From the NCBI GenBank assembly GCA_041658465.1, contig JBBAAC010000002.1, positions 1 through 48,771 of the forward strand: a stretch of 48,771 bases of DNA. Reading direction: 5' to 3'. Below are positions 17,400 through 25,771 of the stretch, in pieces. The stretch is from a bacterium. GTDB taxonomy: Bacteria; UBA10199; 2-02-FULL-44-16; JAAZCA01. The position numbers were made by a program, and so were the translations under genes. How positions within the stretch are numbered: position 1 is the first letter of the stretch; each line of letters begins with the position of its first letter. The notes beneath the pieces are model-generated. The model saw nothing but the letters and a program-made list of their open reading frames with translations. It searched no databases and was not told the origin of the DNA.

Positions 17400-19463
17400 C
17401 TATTCCCTGAGTTCCGCCTTAAGCCTCTTTGAAAGCTCGGCCATAATCCTCTGTTGCGCTGCCACAACCTCGTCGTCGGTCAGCGTGCGGTCTTCGCGCG
17501 AGAAACGAAGAGAAATAGCGATGCTCCTGTGGCCGGGCTTCAGCCCCTGGCCTCTGTAGATGTCGAATATGTTAACACCGTCCAGGAGCTCGACCCCGCT
17601 TTCCTGTATCGCCTTCTCCACTTCCACGAGCGGGATGCGCTCCTCCACCACGATTGCGATGTCGCGCTGCACGAACGGAAAGCGCGAGAGCTCGCGGAAG
17701 CGCGTTGCAACCGCCTGCGACTTTTCCGCCATGAGATCGAAGTGCAGCTCGAAGACAAAGACATCCTGTTCCAGATCCCACTTCGAGGCCACGTCCGGGT
17801 GGAGCTGGCCGACGACGCCGACGCGCGAGTTGCCGCACAGGACATATGCGAATCGCCCGGGATGGAGAAACGCCGGAGGCTCGCCTCGCTGATAGATCGT
17901 CCCCTGCGTGAGGCCTAGCGCCTCGAGTCCGGTCTCGACAACGCCCTTTGCATCGTAGAAGTCGAGCCTCTCCTTCGAGCGTTCCCATGCCTCGGGGTTT
18001 CGCCTTCCGGTGAGCAGTCCCGCCAAAGAGCGCGGCTCATCCGAGGGACCGACTCCCGCGGGCCTGTGATAGACGTGCTGGAGCGCAAAGATCTTGAGAT
18101 CGGCGCGCTGCCTGCTCGCGTTGAGACGCGCGACATCGAGAAGGCCCGCGAGCAGCGTCGTGCACATCACGCCCTGGTCCTGCGAGAGAGGATTCGTGAT
18201 CCGGACAGGCAGAGGACCGTGCCCGGCAAACGGGGCAAGCGTCCTCTCGTCGACAAAGCCATACAGCACGGCCTCCGTCATGCCGGCGCCGGCCAGCGCC
18301 TCGCGCACAGCATCTTCCTGTTCCATGAAACGAGGCCGCACGATGGGCGACATGCGAACTTCCGGCATCTTGCCGTCTAAACTATCGTAACCGTAGATGC
18401 GCGCGACTTCCTCGATGAGGTCGATGGGCCGCGTAATATCCTGCCTGAACGTAGGGACCAGGACCGACACTCGACCTTTGACCGGGCGACCCGAGGATAG
18501 CCCCACGCGCGCGAGCAATTTCGCTATCGAGGCGGCCGGGATCTCCTCTCCCAGAATCCTCCGGACCAGGCCTTCCGAGAGCGCGATCCGCTTGGGCAGG
18601 GCCTTTGCGGGATAAACGTCCGCCCAGTCCGCGGTAGGCGTTCCGCCTGCCGTCTCCAGGATGAGTTCGGTCACGCGGTGCAGCGCCGCGAGCACGCCGT
18701 TTGGATCCACGCCCCTCTCAAAGCGCCGAGAGGATTCCGATGCCAAACCGAGCCTGCGAGCGGTGCGGCGAATCCCTGCACCCTCGAAGCACGCGCTCTC
18801 TAAAAGAATCGACTTCGTCGAGTGTGAAACCTCTGAATCGCCTCCGCCCATGATGCCCGCGAGCGCAACAGGCCCCACCCCGTCGCGGATCAGGAGGTCG
18901 CCCTTCTCAACCAGGCGGGCGACGCCGTCGAGCGTGGTGAAGGCCCTGCCTTCCTCCGCGGGCGAGACCTCTATGCGGCCGCCGCGTACCTTTGCCAGGT
19001 CAAATGCGTGGAGAGGTTGTCCTGTCTCGATCATCACGTAGTTGGTTGCATCGACCACGTTGTTTATGGAGCGGATTCCGCACGCGGCCAGCCTTGCCGC
19101 CATCCATGACGGGGAAGGCCCGATCTTCACGCCCTCGATAGCGCGCGCGGTGTAGCGCAGGCACCGGCCACGGTTCTTCACCGAGACCTTGACGAGGCTC
19201 AAGAGTTTTCCTGCGCCGCGTGGAACGGCATATTTGCGCTGCTTGAGTCGGCCGCGGCTTATGGCAGCGACTTCACGGGCAACGCCCGTCATGGAGAGGC
19301 AGTCGCCGCGGTTCGGCGTGATGCCGAGTTCGAAGATAGTCTCGCGGCCAAGCCGCTCCATGGCCTCGACCTCGATGCCGCCCATGGTCAAAAGATGGGC
19401 GAGCTTCTCGGGCTTCACCCGGATCTCGACGAACTCTTTTAACCACTCCATCGGCACTCTCAT
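17400..19463 (-). CDS. pheT: Phenylalanine--tRNA ligase beta subunit (short form)
   Basis: B3/4, B5 and FDX-ACB domains are recognisable. At 687 aa the N-terminal OB-fold tRNA-binding insert appears to be missing (..EAMERLGRETIFELGITPNRGDCLS). Confidence 0.95.
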   Translation of the reverse strand: MRVPMEWLKEFVEIRVKPEKLAHLLTMGGIEVEAMERLGRETIFELGITPNRGDCLSMTGVAREVAAISRGRLKQRKYAVPRGAGKLLSLVKVSVKNRGRCLRYTARAIEGVKIGPSPSWMAARLAACGIRSINNVVDATNYVMIETGQPLHAFDLAKVRGGRIEVSPAEEGRAFTTLDGVARLVEKGDLLIRDGVGPVALAGIMGGGDSEVSHSTKSILLESACFEGAGIRRTARRLGLASESSRRFERGVDPNGVLAALHRVTELILETAGGTPTADWADVYPAKALPKRIALSEGLVRRILGEEIPAASIAKLLARVGLSSGRPVKGRVSVLVPTFRQDITRPIDLIEEVARIYGYDSLDGKMPEVRMSPIVRPRFMEQEDAVREALAGAGMTEAVLYGFVDERTLAPFAGHGPLPVRITNPLSQDQGVMCTTLLAGLLDVARLNASRQRADLKIFALQHVYHRPAGVGPSDEPRSLAGLLTGRRNPEAWERSKERLDFYDAKGVVETGLEALGLTQGTIYQRGEPPAFLHPGRFAYVLCGNSRVGVVGQLHPDVASKWDLEQDVFVFELHFDLMAEKSQAVATRFRELSRFPFVQRDIAIVVEERIPLVEVEKAIQESGVELLDGVNIFDIYRGQGLKPGHRSIAISLRFSREDRTLTDDEVVAAQQRIMAELSKRLKAELRE

Positions 19464-19491
19464 GAGATCAATCTCCGCGCTTCAATGAATC

Positions 19492-19562
19492 GAAGCAAGA
19501 AGCATGAGGCATGAAGTATGATCAAATTTTTCATGTCTCCTGCTTCATGTCTCGTGCCTCAT
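19492..19562. repeat. Heptamer-word hairpin (CATGAAG family) in the pheS-pheT spacer
   Basis: The period-7 run GAAGCAA GAAGCAT GAGGCAT GAAGTAT GATCAAA faces CATGTCTCCTGCTTCATGTCTCGTGCCTCAT. The arms pair with a one-heptamer bulge. Confidence 0.65.
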
Positions 19563-19563
19563 C

Positions 19564-20592
19564 TCAAAATTGCTCCAGGAATCTCATATCGTTTTCAAAG
19601 AAGAGGCGGATGTCGTTGATCGCGTATTTGAGCATGGCTATCCTCTCGACGCCCATGCCGAACGCGAACCCGCTCCACTTCTTCGTGTCGATCTTCACCG
19701 CCTCGAAGACGACGGGGTCCACCATGCCGCAGCCCAATATCTCGAGCCACCCGGTCTGCTTGCAGACGCGGCAGCCGGATCCGCCGCAGATAACGCACTG
19801 GATATCGACCTCGGCCGACGGCTCCGTGAACGGGAAATAGCTCGGGCGGAACCTGACGCCTACCCCGCTGCCGAACATGCGGCGGCAGAACGTGGAGAGC
19901 ACTCCTTTGAGGTCGCGCATGGTGATGTTGCTATCCACCATGAGCCCCTCGACCTGATGAAACATCGGCGAGTGCGAAACGTCGCTGTCCCGGCGATAGA
20001 CCGCGCCCGGAAATACCGTGCATATGGGCGGGCGCTGGTTCTCCATCACGTGGATCTGGACCGGCGAGGTGTGGGTGCGCAGGAGATACCCTCCCTCGAC
20101 ATAGAACGTGTCCTGCATGTCGCGCGCGGGATGGTCCGCCTGCACTCCGAGCGCCTCGAAGTTATAGTAGTCGGTCTCGATCTCCGGACCCGTGTGAATC
20201 GAGAATCCCATGTCGGTAAAGATGCGCAGCACGTCGCGCATGGTCTGTCTTAGGGGGTGCCGCCTTCCGCGCGGGAGGCAATGGCCTGGAAGCGTGATAT
20301 CCAACTTCTGAGCAGCAACGTCGCGATCGAGCTCGACCTTCTTGAGCGAATCGCGCAGCTGTGCGAGCCGCGCCTCCAGCATCTCTTTAGCCGCGTTTAT
20401 CTCGCGCCCGACCTCGGGGCGCTCCTCAACGGTGAGATCCTTGAGCGACTTGAGGATGAAAGTGACCAGGCCCTGCCGGCCGAGATACTTCACACGGCAG
20501 GCCTCGACAGTGGCGCTGTCAGCGACCTGCGCGAGCTCTGACATGGCCTCGCGCTTGAGCGATTCTATATCCGAAAGCAGCCGGTCCTTCAC
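19564..20592 (-). CDS. pheS: Phenylalanine--tRNA ligase alpha subunit
   Basis: Class II aaRS motifs (FRPSYFPFTEPS, GFAFGMGVERIAM). The start at 20590-20592 is GTG. Confidence 0.95.
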   Translation of the reverse strand: MKDRLLSDIESLKREAMSELAQVADSATVEACRVKYLGRQGLVTFILKSLKDLTVEERPEVGREINAAKEMLEARLAQLRDSLKKVELDRDVAAQKLDITLPGHCLPRGRRHPLRQTMRDVLRIFTDMGFSIHTGPEIETDYYNFEALGVQADHPARDMQDTFYVEGGYLLRTHTSPVQIHVMENQRPPICTVFPGAVYRRDSDVSHSPMFHQVEGLMVDSNITMRDLKGVLSTFCRRMFGSGVGVRFRPSYFPFTEPSAEVDIQCVICGGSGCRVCKQTGWLEILGCGMVDPVVFEAVKIDTKKWSGFAFGMGVERIAMLKYAINDIRLFFENDMRFLEQF

Positions 20593-20599
20593 TTTCGAT

Positions 20600-20657
20600 T
20601 ACCCCCTCCCCTCCTTTGTAAGGAGGGGTAAGGGGAGGTAGACCAAGATCTACCCCC
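20600..20657. repeat. GGAGGGG-family dispersed repeat (reverse orientation) in the rplT-pheS spacer
   Basis: The reverse complement of 20608-20640 is TACCTCCCCTTACCCCTCCTTACAAAGGAGGGG. It matches 24603-24635 and 34757-34788 with one to two differences. The adjacent GGTAGA..TCTACC stem is shared with the 34.7-kb copy. Confidence 0.85.
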
Positions 20658-20759
20658 TTGAGCTCCCCCTTTCACCCTCCGACTATCGTCTTCGGGTACT
20701 TCCTCGGCCACCCACCTTCGGTGGGTACCCGGCCTCGGTCGCAAAGGGGGAGAGTAATT

Positions 20760-21110
20760 TTACACCGCCTTCGCCCACTCCACGATCGCCGAAAAATCCT
20801 CCGGGTGGCTGATCGCCAGCTCCGCCAGCATCTTCCGATCGAGCGCTGAGCCCTTCTTCTTCAGGTTGCCCATGAGGCGGCTGTACGACGTGCCGCGAGG
20901 CACAGCAGCAGCCGCTATGCGGGTCTGCCATAAGCCGCGGTAGTCGCGCTTCTTGAGCTTGCGGCCCACGTACGCATACTGCAGCGCGTGGTCCACCGCC
21001 TCCATTGCGGTGCGGATGAGCTTCGAGCGGGCGCCATGAAAACCCTTCGCCTGCTTGAGCACCTTATTGTGGCGCCTGCGCGCCTTGAAACCTCGTTTTG
21101 CCCTAGGCAT
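20760..21110 (-). CDS. rplT: 50S ribosomal protein L20
   Basis: MPRAKRGFKARRRHNKVLKQAKGF. Confidence 0.95.
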   Translation of the reverse strand: MPRAKRGFKARRRHNKVLKQAKGFHGARSKLIRTAMEAVDHALQYAYVGRKLKKRDYRGLWQTRIAAAAVPRGTSYSRLMGNLKKKGSALDRKMLAELAISHPEDFSAIVEWAKAV

Positions 21111-21145
21111 ACTCCTCTCCTTCCTTCAATTATGGGTCCTGCCCG

Positions 21146-21340
21146 TCAAACGTGCAAGAGCTGCTTAACCCTTTTCAGGTCCGCCTTTTTTACGTACGCG
21201 GACGAGCGCAGCCTGCGCTTCTGCTTCTTGGTCTTGGATGTCAGAATGTGGCGGAGCTTGGAGCGTTTGCGCTTTATCTTGCCTGATTTAGTGGCGCGGA
21301 AGCGCTTGGCTGCGCCCTTGCGTGTCTTTAGTTTAGGCAT
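21146..21340 (-). CDS. rpmI: 50S ribosomal protein L35
   Basis: [24 protein letters not shown]. Confidence 0.95.
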   Translation of the reverse strand: MPKLKTRKGAAKRFRATKSGKIKRKRSKLRHILTSKTKKQKRRLRSSAYVKKADLKRVKQLLHV

Positions 21341-21352
21341 CGTTCTCTCCTC

Positions 21353-21442
21353 GATTAGTGATCGGTGATTAGTGATCAGTGATCAGTAAAATCTTGTGAC
21401 AATCCAGATGTCGCTGATCACTGATCACCGATTACTAGTCAC
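21353..21442. repeat. Heptamer-word hairpin (GTGATCA family) filling the infC-rpmI spacer
   Basis: GATTAGT GATCGGT GATTAGT GATCAGT GATCAGT (21353-21387) faces CTGATCACTGATCACCGATTACTAGTCAC. A perfect 15-bp stem lies at 21372-21386 / 21414-21428. Confidence 0.8.
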
Positions 21443-21990
21443 GTTTTTTTCTTTGCCGGACCCAGCATCATGAACAGCTGTCTGCCTTCCATCTTCGGGA
21501 AGGTCTCTACTTCGCCCAGCCCCCTCACTTCTTCGATGACGCGCTTCATCCTCTCCTGGCCGATGTCCATATGCGCCATCTCGCGGCCGCGGAAGCGCAC
21601 CGTGATCTTGACCTTGTTTCCTTCCTCCAGGAAGCGCTTCACGTGGCGAAGCTTTGTCTGGAAGTCGTGCTCGTCGGTGGCGGGCCGCATCTTGATCTCC
21701 TTGATCTGGACCACCACCTGTTTTTTCTTCTGTTCGTGCTTCTTCTTTGCCTGCTCGTACTTGTACTTCCCGTAGTCCATGATCTTGCAGACCGGTGGAC
21801 GGGCCATGGGCGATATCTCCACGAGGTCCAGCCCCGCGTCCTCCGCCTTCCTCATGGCCTCGTGCGTCGGAAGCACGCCGAGCTGATTACCCTCTTCATC
21901 GATGAGCCTGACCTCCGGCACGCGTATGCGGCGGTTGGTTCTCAGTTCATCGCGCCTCTCGGGCCTTTCACCAAATGGTGGTCTAATAAT
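21439..21990 (-). CDS. infC: Translation initiation factor IF-3, probable AUU start
   Basis: The frame is open upstream of the listed GTG (21921). Reading ATT ATT AGA CCA.. gives [30 protein letters not shown], the normal IF-3 N-terminus. AAAGGAGGTGGG lies immediately upstream. The start is ATT at 21988-21990 or 21985-21987. Confidence 0.85.
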   Translation of the reverse strand: MIRPPFGERPERRDELRTNRRIRVPEVRLIDEEGNQLGVLPTHEAMRKAEDAGLDLVEISPMARPPVCKIMDYGKYKYEQAKKKHEQKKKQVVVQIKEIKMRPATDEHDFQTKLRHVKRFLEEGNKVKITVRFRGREMAHMDIGQERMKRVIEEVRGLGEVETFPKMEGRQLFMMLGPAKKKT

Positions 21991-22038
21991 CCCACCTCCT
22001 TTGCTGGTCCTGCAACCTTGTGGACAGGACGATCTTCA

Positions 22039-23778
22039 TCAACATTTTCTCTCAGCGATCTCCGCTGTTATTCGATCTGCGAATTCCTTGACCGGCATGA
22101 CGCCCAGGTCTCCGTTTGCGCGCGAGCGCACGGCAACGGACTGCGCCTCCACTTCCTTACCGCCCACGACGAGCATGTACGGGATCTTCTTGAGCTGCGC
22201 CTCGCGGATCTTGAAACCGAGCTTCTCGCCGCGATCGTCCAGCTCCGCGCGTACGCCGCAGGCGGCAAGCTCCTTGGCGACCTTTGCGGCATATTCGGCC
22301 TGCGCGTCGCTCACGGTGATGACGACCGCCTGCACAGGCGCCAACCACGTCGGGAATGCGCCGGCGTAGTGCTCGATGAGCACGCCGAAGAAGCGCTCGA
22401 GGCTGCCCAGGAGCGCGCGATGCACCATGTAAGGCCTGTGCCGCTGGCCATCGCTACCCACGTACTCCATGTCGAACCGCTCCGGGAGGTTGAAGTCGAA
22501 CTGGATGGTCGTCATCTGCCACTCGCGGCCCAGCGCGTCCCTGACCTTGAGATCGATCTTTGGGCCGTAGAACGCCCCGCCGCCTTCATCGAGCTCGTAT
22601 TCGAGCTTCTCCTCTGCGATCGCGTTCTTGAGTGCAGCGATCGCCTGGTTCCATCGTTCCGGCTCGCCCACCGCCTTTTCCGGGCGGGTCGCCAGGTACG
22701 CCTTGATGTCGGTGAACCCGAACGACTTCCACATGAAGAGCGAGAAACGCAGCACCTCGCGTATCTCGTGTTCGATCTGCTCCGGGGTGCAGATGATGTG
22801 AGCATCGTCCTGCGTGAACCCGCGCACGCGTAAAAGCCCGTGCAGCACGCCGCTCTTTTCGTAGCGATAGACCGTGCCCAGCTCCGCCCACCGCAGCGGC
22901 AGGTCCCTGTAAGAGCGCATCTGCGTCTTGTAGACCATGATGTGGAAGGGGCAGTTCATCGGCTTGATGAAGTAATCGTTCCCGTCGATATCCATCGGCG
23001 AGTACATGCTGTCGCGATAGAAATCGAGGTGGCCCGAAGTCTCCCACAGCGTGCTGCGGCCGATGTGCGGCGTATACAGGATCTCGTAGCCGTTCTTATA
23101 ATGCTGATCCTTCCAGAACGTCTCTATCGCATCGCGTATGCGCCCGCCCTTGGGATGCCACAGTACCAGCCCCCCGCCGTATTCATCCATCGTGGAGTAG
23201 AGGTCGAGCTCCCTGCCGAGCTTGCGATGATCGCGCTTTGCAGCTTCCTCGAGGCGTTTGAGATAGTCATCGAGCTCAGCCTGCGTGGGGAATGCCGTGC
23301 CGTAGATGCGCTGCAGCTGCGGATTGTGCTCGTTGCCGCGCCAGTACGCCCCCGCGACGCTCATGAGCTTGAAGGCCGCCACCTGGCCGGTGTGCTCCAC
23401 GTGCGGGCCTCGACAGAGGTCAGTAAAATCGCCGTGGCGGAAGACAGTGATCGGCTGCCCTTCAGGCAGTTCATTGATCATTTCCACTTTGTACGGCTCG
23501 TCCTTGAAGAGCTCCCTGGCCTGCTCGCGCGTGACTTCGGTGCGGACAAACGGCAGCTTGGCGTCGACGATCCGGCGCATCTCCTTCTCGATCCTTGCAA
23601 GATCTTCCGTCGAGAACGGCCGCTTGAAGTCAAAATCGTAGTAATAGCCGTCCTCCACAGGCGGGCCGATCGTGATCTTCGCCTCTGGAAAGAGGCGCTT
23701 CACCGCGTCTGCCATAATATGCGCAGCCGAGTGCCTGAGGGTCTCCAGCTCGATGTCTTTTAGGTCGTCCTTCTCCAT
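22039..23778 (-). CDS. thrS: Threonine--tRNA ligase (lacks the N-terminal TGS domain)
   Basis: Begins at the editing domain (LRHSAAHIMADAVKRLFP..GYYYDF), followed by the class II core and anticodon-binding domain. 579 aa. Confidence 0.95.
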   Translation of the reverse strand: MEKDDLKDIELETLRHSAAHIMADAVKRLFPEAKITIGPPVEDGYYYDFDFKRPFSTEDLARIEKEMRRIVDAKLPFVRTEVTREQARELFKDEPYKVEMINELPEGQPITVFRHGDFTDLCRGPHVEHTGQVAAFKLMSVAGAYWRGNEHNPQLQRIYGTAFPTQAELDDYLKRLEEAAKRDHRKLGRELDLYSTMDEYGGGLVLWHPKGGRIRDAIETFWKDQHYKNGYEILYTPHIGRSTLWETSGHLDFYRDSMYSPMDIDGNDYFIKPMNCPFHIMVYKTQMRSYRDLPLRWAELGTVYRYEKSGVLHGLLRVRGFTQDDAHIICTPEQIEHEIREVLRFSLFMWKSFGFTDIKAYLATRPEKAVGEPERWNQAIAALKNAIAEEKLEYELDEGGGAFYGPKIDLKVRDALGREWQMTTIQFDFNLPERFDMEYVGSDGQRHRPYMVHRALLGSLERFFGVLIEHYAGAFPTWLAPVQAVVITVSDAQAEYAAKVAKELAACGVRAELDDRGEKLGFKIREAQLKKIPYMLVVGGKEVEAQSVAVRSRANGDLGVMPVKEFADRITAEIAERKC

Positions 23779-23803
23779 CTCTTGTCAATTCTCCAAAGGT
23801 GTT

Positions 23804-23831
23804 CTTTCAACTTTAAACTTTCAACTTTCCA
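23804..23831. repeat. Tandem heptamer repeat between tRNA-Val and thrS
   Basis: CTTTCAA CTTTAAA CTTTCAA CTTTCCA (4 x 7 nt). No opposing arm. Confidence 0.7.
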
Positions 23832-23844
23832 CTGTCTTCAAGTG

Positions 23845-23918
23845 TGGGCCTTACTGGACTCGAACCAGTGACCTCTTGCGTGTCGAGCAAGCGCTCTAGC
23901 CAACTGAGCTAAAGGCCC
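23845..23918 (-). tRNA. tRNA-Val (anticodon GAC)
   Basis: Hand-folded: GGGCCTT TA GCTC AGTTGGCTA GAGC G CTTGC TCGACAC GCAAG AGGTC ACTGG TTCGAGT CCAGT AAGGCCC A. It is 74 nt with no encoded CCA. Confidence 0.9.
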
Positions 23919-24095
23919 TAATGGCAAGCCGCCGATAAGGCCTCATCTGCTTCGTTAGCCTCGCATCTGAAGCCTTCTCGACGGCTCGCAATCTAGTTTT
24001 CAGTATCCAATATCAAGCCACAGCGAATTGCTCAAAAGTACTGGAAAATCAATTAAGTAATGGAGCCATAAATGTCAAGATTTTTGATTTTATTC

Positions 24096-24128
24096 AAAAA
24101 ATGATCCACTCCCTAAAGAAGTGGATCA
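24096..24128 (-). terminator. Rho-independent terminator downstream of trxA
   Basis: On the minus strand: TGATCCACT-loop-AGTGGATCA (9-bp stem, 24102-24110 / 24120-24128) followed by TTTTTTG. Confidence 0.6.
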
Positions 24129-24162
24129 TATATACCAGCTAATTCATCGCAAAATAATACCA

Positions 24163-24489
24163 TTACACATGACGCTTGATGAGGTCGTCGATGGCTCCCT
24201 TGGGGACATTTCCGATGAGCTGGCCCACGTTCTGGCCGGCCTTGAAAAAGAGGATCGTGGGGATGCTGCGGATCCCGAACTGCCCTGCCACCGTGGGGTT
24301 GCCATCCACATCGAGCTTGCAAACCTTGACCTTGCCTGAGTGCTCATTCGCGACTGCCTCGATGGTAGGTGCCAACGCACGACACGGACCGCACCACGCA
24401 GCCCAGAAATCCACGAGCACCGGGACCGGCGCATCCAGGACCTCCTGCTTGAAGTTCGCATCGCTCACTTCGACCACGTTTCCAGCCAT
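24163..24489 (-). CDS. trxA: Thioredoxin
   Basis: WAAWCGPC active site. Start set to ATG 24487-24489 (MAGNVVEV) with AAGGGGGTG upstream. The listed 24507 start is TTG. Confidence 0.9.
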   Translation of the reverse strand: MAGNVVEVSDANFKQEVLDAPVPVLVDFWAAWCGPCRALAPTIEAVANEHSGKVKVCKLDVDGNPTVAGQFGIRSIPTILFFKAGQNVGQLIGNVPKGAIDDLIKRHV

Positions 24490-24561
24490 GTCACCCCCTT
24501 GAATCAATAATAATCGACCTTTTCCGTAACGAAAACACTCCGAAATGGCAAGCGATTTCAG

Positions 24562-24657
24562 CCAGTGACTGGTGACTAGTAATTGGTGTGAATGACTGGA
24601 CCTACCTCCCCTAGCCCCTCCTTACAAAGGAGGGGAGCTTTCCCTTCACTAGTCACG
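24562..24657. repeat. Heptamer-word hairpin (GTGACT family) carrying a nested GGAGGGG repeat, in the rodA-trxA spacer
   Basis: The period-7 run AGTGACT GGTGACT AGTAATT GGTGTGA ATGACTG (24564-24598) is followed by the 33-nt repeat at 24603-24635. A partner arm then gives a 9-bp perfect stem at 24572-24580 / 24648-24656. TGGTGTGAATGAC (24584-24596) is the reverse complement of 40955-40967. Confidence 0.75.
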
Positions 24658-24661
24658 GCAG

Positions 24662-25771
24662 TTAGAACATGAACCTCTTCATATGGATGCTGAACAGCAT
24701 GCCGAGCGAGACCAGTATCGCCACCATCGACGAGCCGCCGTAGCTCATGAGCGGAAGCGTAACGCCGGTGAGCGGCATTAAGCCCAGCACGCCGCCCAAA
24801 TTTATGGTGATCTGCCAGAAGAGAAGCGCCACCACCCCCATGGCGACGAACGCGCCGAAGCGGTCGCGGGCCTTTGACGCTATCTCGATCCCCATCATTA
24901 ATAGTGCCGTGTAAAGACTCAATACTATGATCGATCCCACGAACCCCCACTCCTCCGCAAATACGGGGAATATGAAATCCGTATGGCGCTCCGGCAAATA
25001 CCTGAGCTTGTTGATATTGCCTTTGAGGTAACCCTTGCCAAACAGCTTGCCCGAGCCCACCGCTATCTTCGACTGCACAAGGTGATAGCCGCTGCCGCGC
25101 ACATCCGCCTCGGGGTTGAAGAAGCTGAAGATGCGGTTGCGCTGATATTCTTTGAGGCCGAACGTATAGAAACCGCCTGCAGCTATGATCGCCACGATAG
25201 CGCACGCTATGAGCGTCCGACGCCGCACCTTTGCGAACATGGCCAACGAGATAAATATAAGGATGAGGAAGAGCGAGGTCCCGAGATCGCCCTGCATGAT
25301 GATGAGGGCAAACGGCACGAGCATCGCAAGCCCCGGCCGCCACAGGTCTGTGAGCGAGTAGCCGTCCGGGCTTGGATGGTCAGAGAAGAATTTGGCCGCG
25401 ATCAGGATATATGCGATCTTTGCAAACTCGGCCGGCTGCAGAGTGAAAGGCCCGATCTTGAGCCACCCGTGCGTCCCGCGTATCGCCGAACCCATGATGA
25501 TCGAGAGGACCAGGAGGACGCATACCACCGCATAGAACGGGACCGCCATACGCTGGAAGACCCTGTAATCGCTTATGATAACAAAGAACATGAGTACGAC
25601 GCCGATAATTGACCAAACGAGCTGCGACCAGAATAGCGATGTGGATCCCCCCTCGCCCCAGAAATAGACCGCGCTGTAGAGGTTCACGAGCCCAATCCCC
25701 AGGAGCAGGAACACCACGGTGGCAAGTGGCCAATTGAATCCTTCGGTGTACTTTCGCGGAATGCCCTTCAT
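24662..25771 (-). CDS. rodA: Rod-shape-determining SEDS protein RodA
   Basis: FtsW/RodA/SpoVE family, multi-pass membrane protein. ATGA overlap with the mrdA stop. Confidence 0.9.
   Translation of the reverse strand: MKGIPRKYTEGFNWPLATVVFLLLGIGLVNLYSAVYFWGEGGSTSLFWSQLVWSIIGVVLMFFVIISDYRVFQRMAVPFYAVVCVLLVLSIIMGSAIRGTHGWLKIGPFTLQPAEFAKIAYILIAAKFFSDHPSPDGYSLTDLWRPGLAMLVPFALIIMQGDLGTSLFLILIFISLAMFAKVRRRTLIACAIVAIIAAGGFYTFGLKEYQRNRIFSFFNPEADVRGSGYHLVQSKIAVGSGKLFGKGYLKGNINKLRYLPERHTDFIFPVFAEEWGFVGSIIVLSLYTALLMMGIEIASKARDRFGAFVAMGVVALLFWQITINLGGVLGLMPLTGVTLPLMSYGGSSMVAILVSLGMLFSIHMKRFMF

Noticed and set aside
21414-21450. The 21.4-kb hairpin followed by TTTTTTT on the plus strand as an intrinsic terminator
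   Set aside because: All neighbouring genes are on the minus strand, and the T-run is the KKK-encoding 3' end of infC read in reverse.
21571-22833. A large plus-strand ORF (420 aa) opposite infC/thrS. Similar cases are 41572..43392 (606 aa) opposite infB, 35890..37023 (377 aa) opposite pnp, 22840..23763, 39357..40058 and 24576..25343.
   Set aside because: These are antisense shadow ORFs typical of GC-rich DNA. They are Arg/His/Leu/Asp-rich with no motifs, and each lies fully inside a well-conserved gene on the other strand.
24543-24558. TGGCAAGCGATTTCAG and the other AATGGCAAG sites as sigma-54 promoters
   Set aside because: The -12 element is TTTC rather than TTGC, and they sit on the strand opposite to all neighbouring genes.
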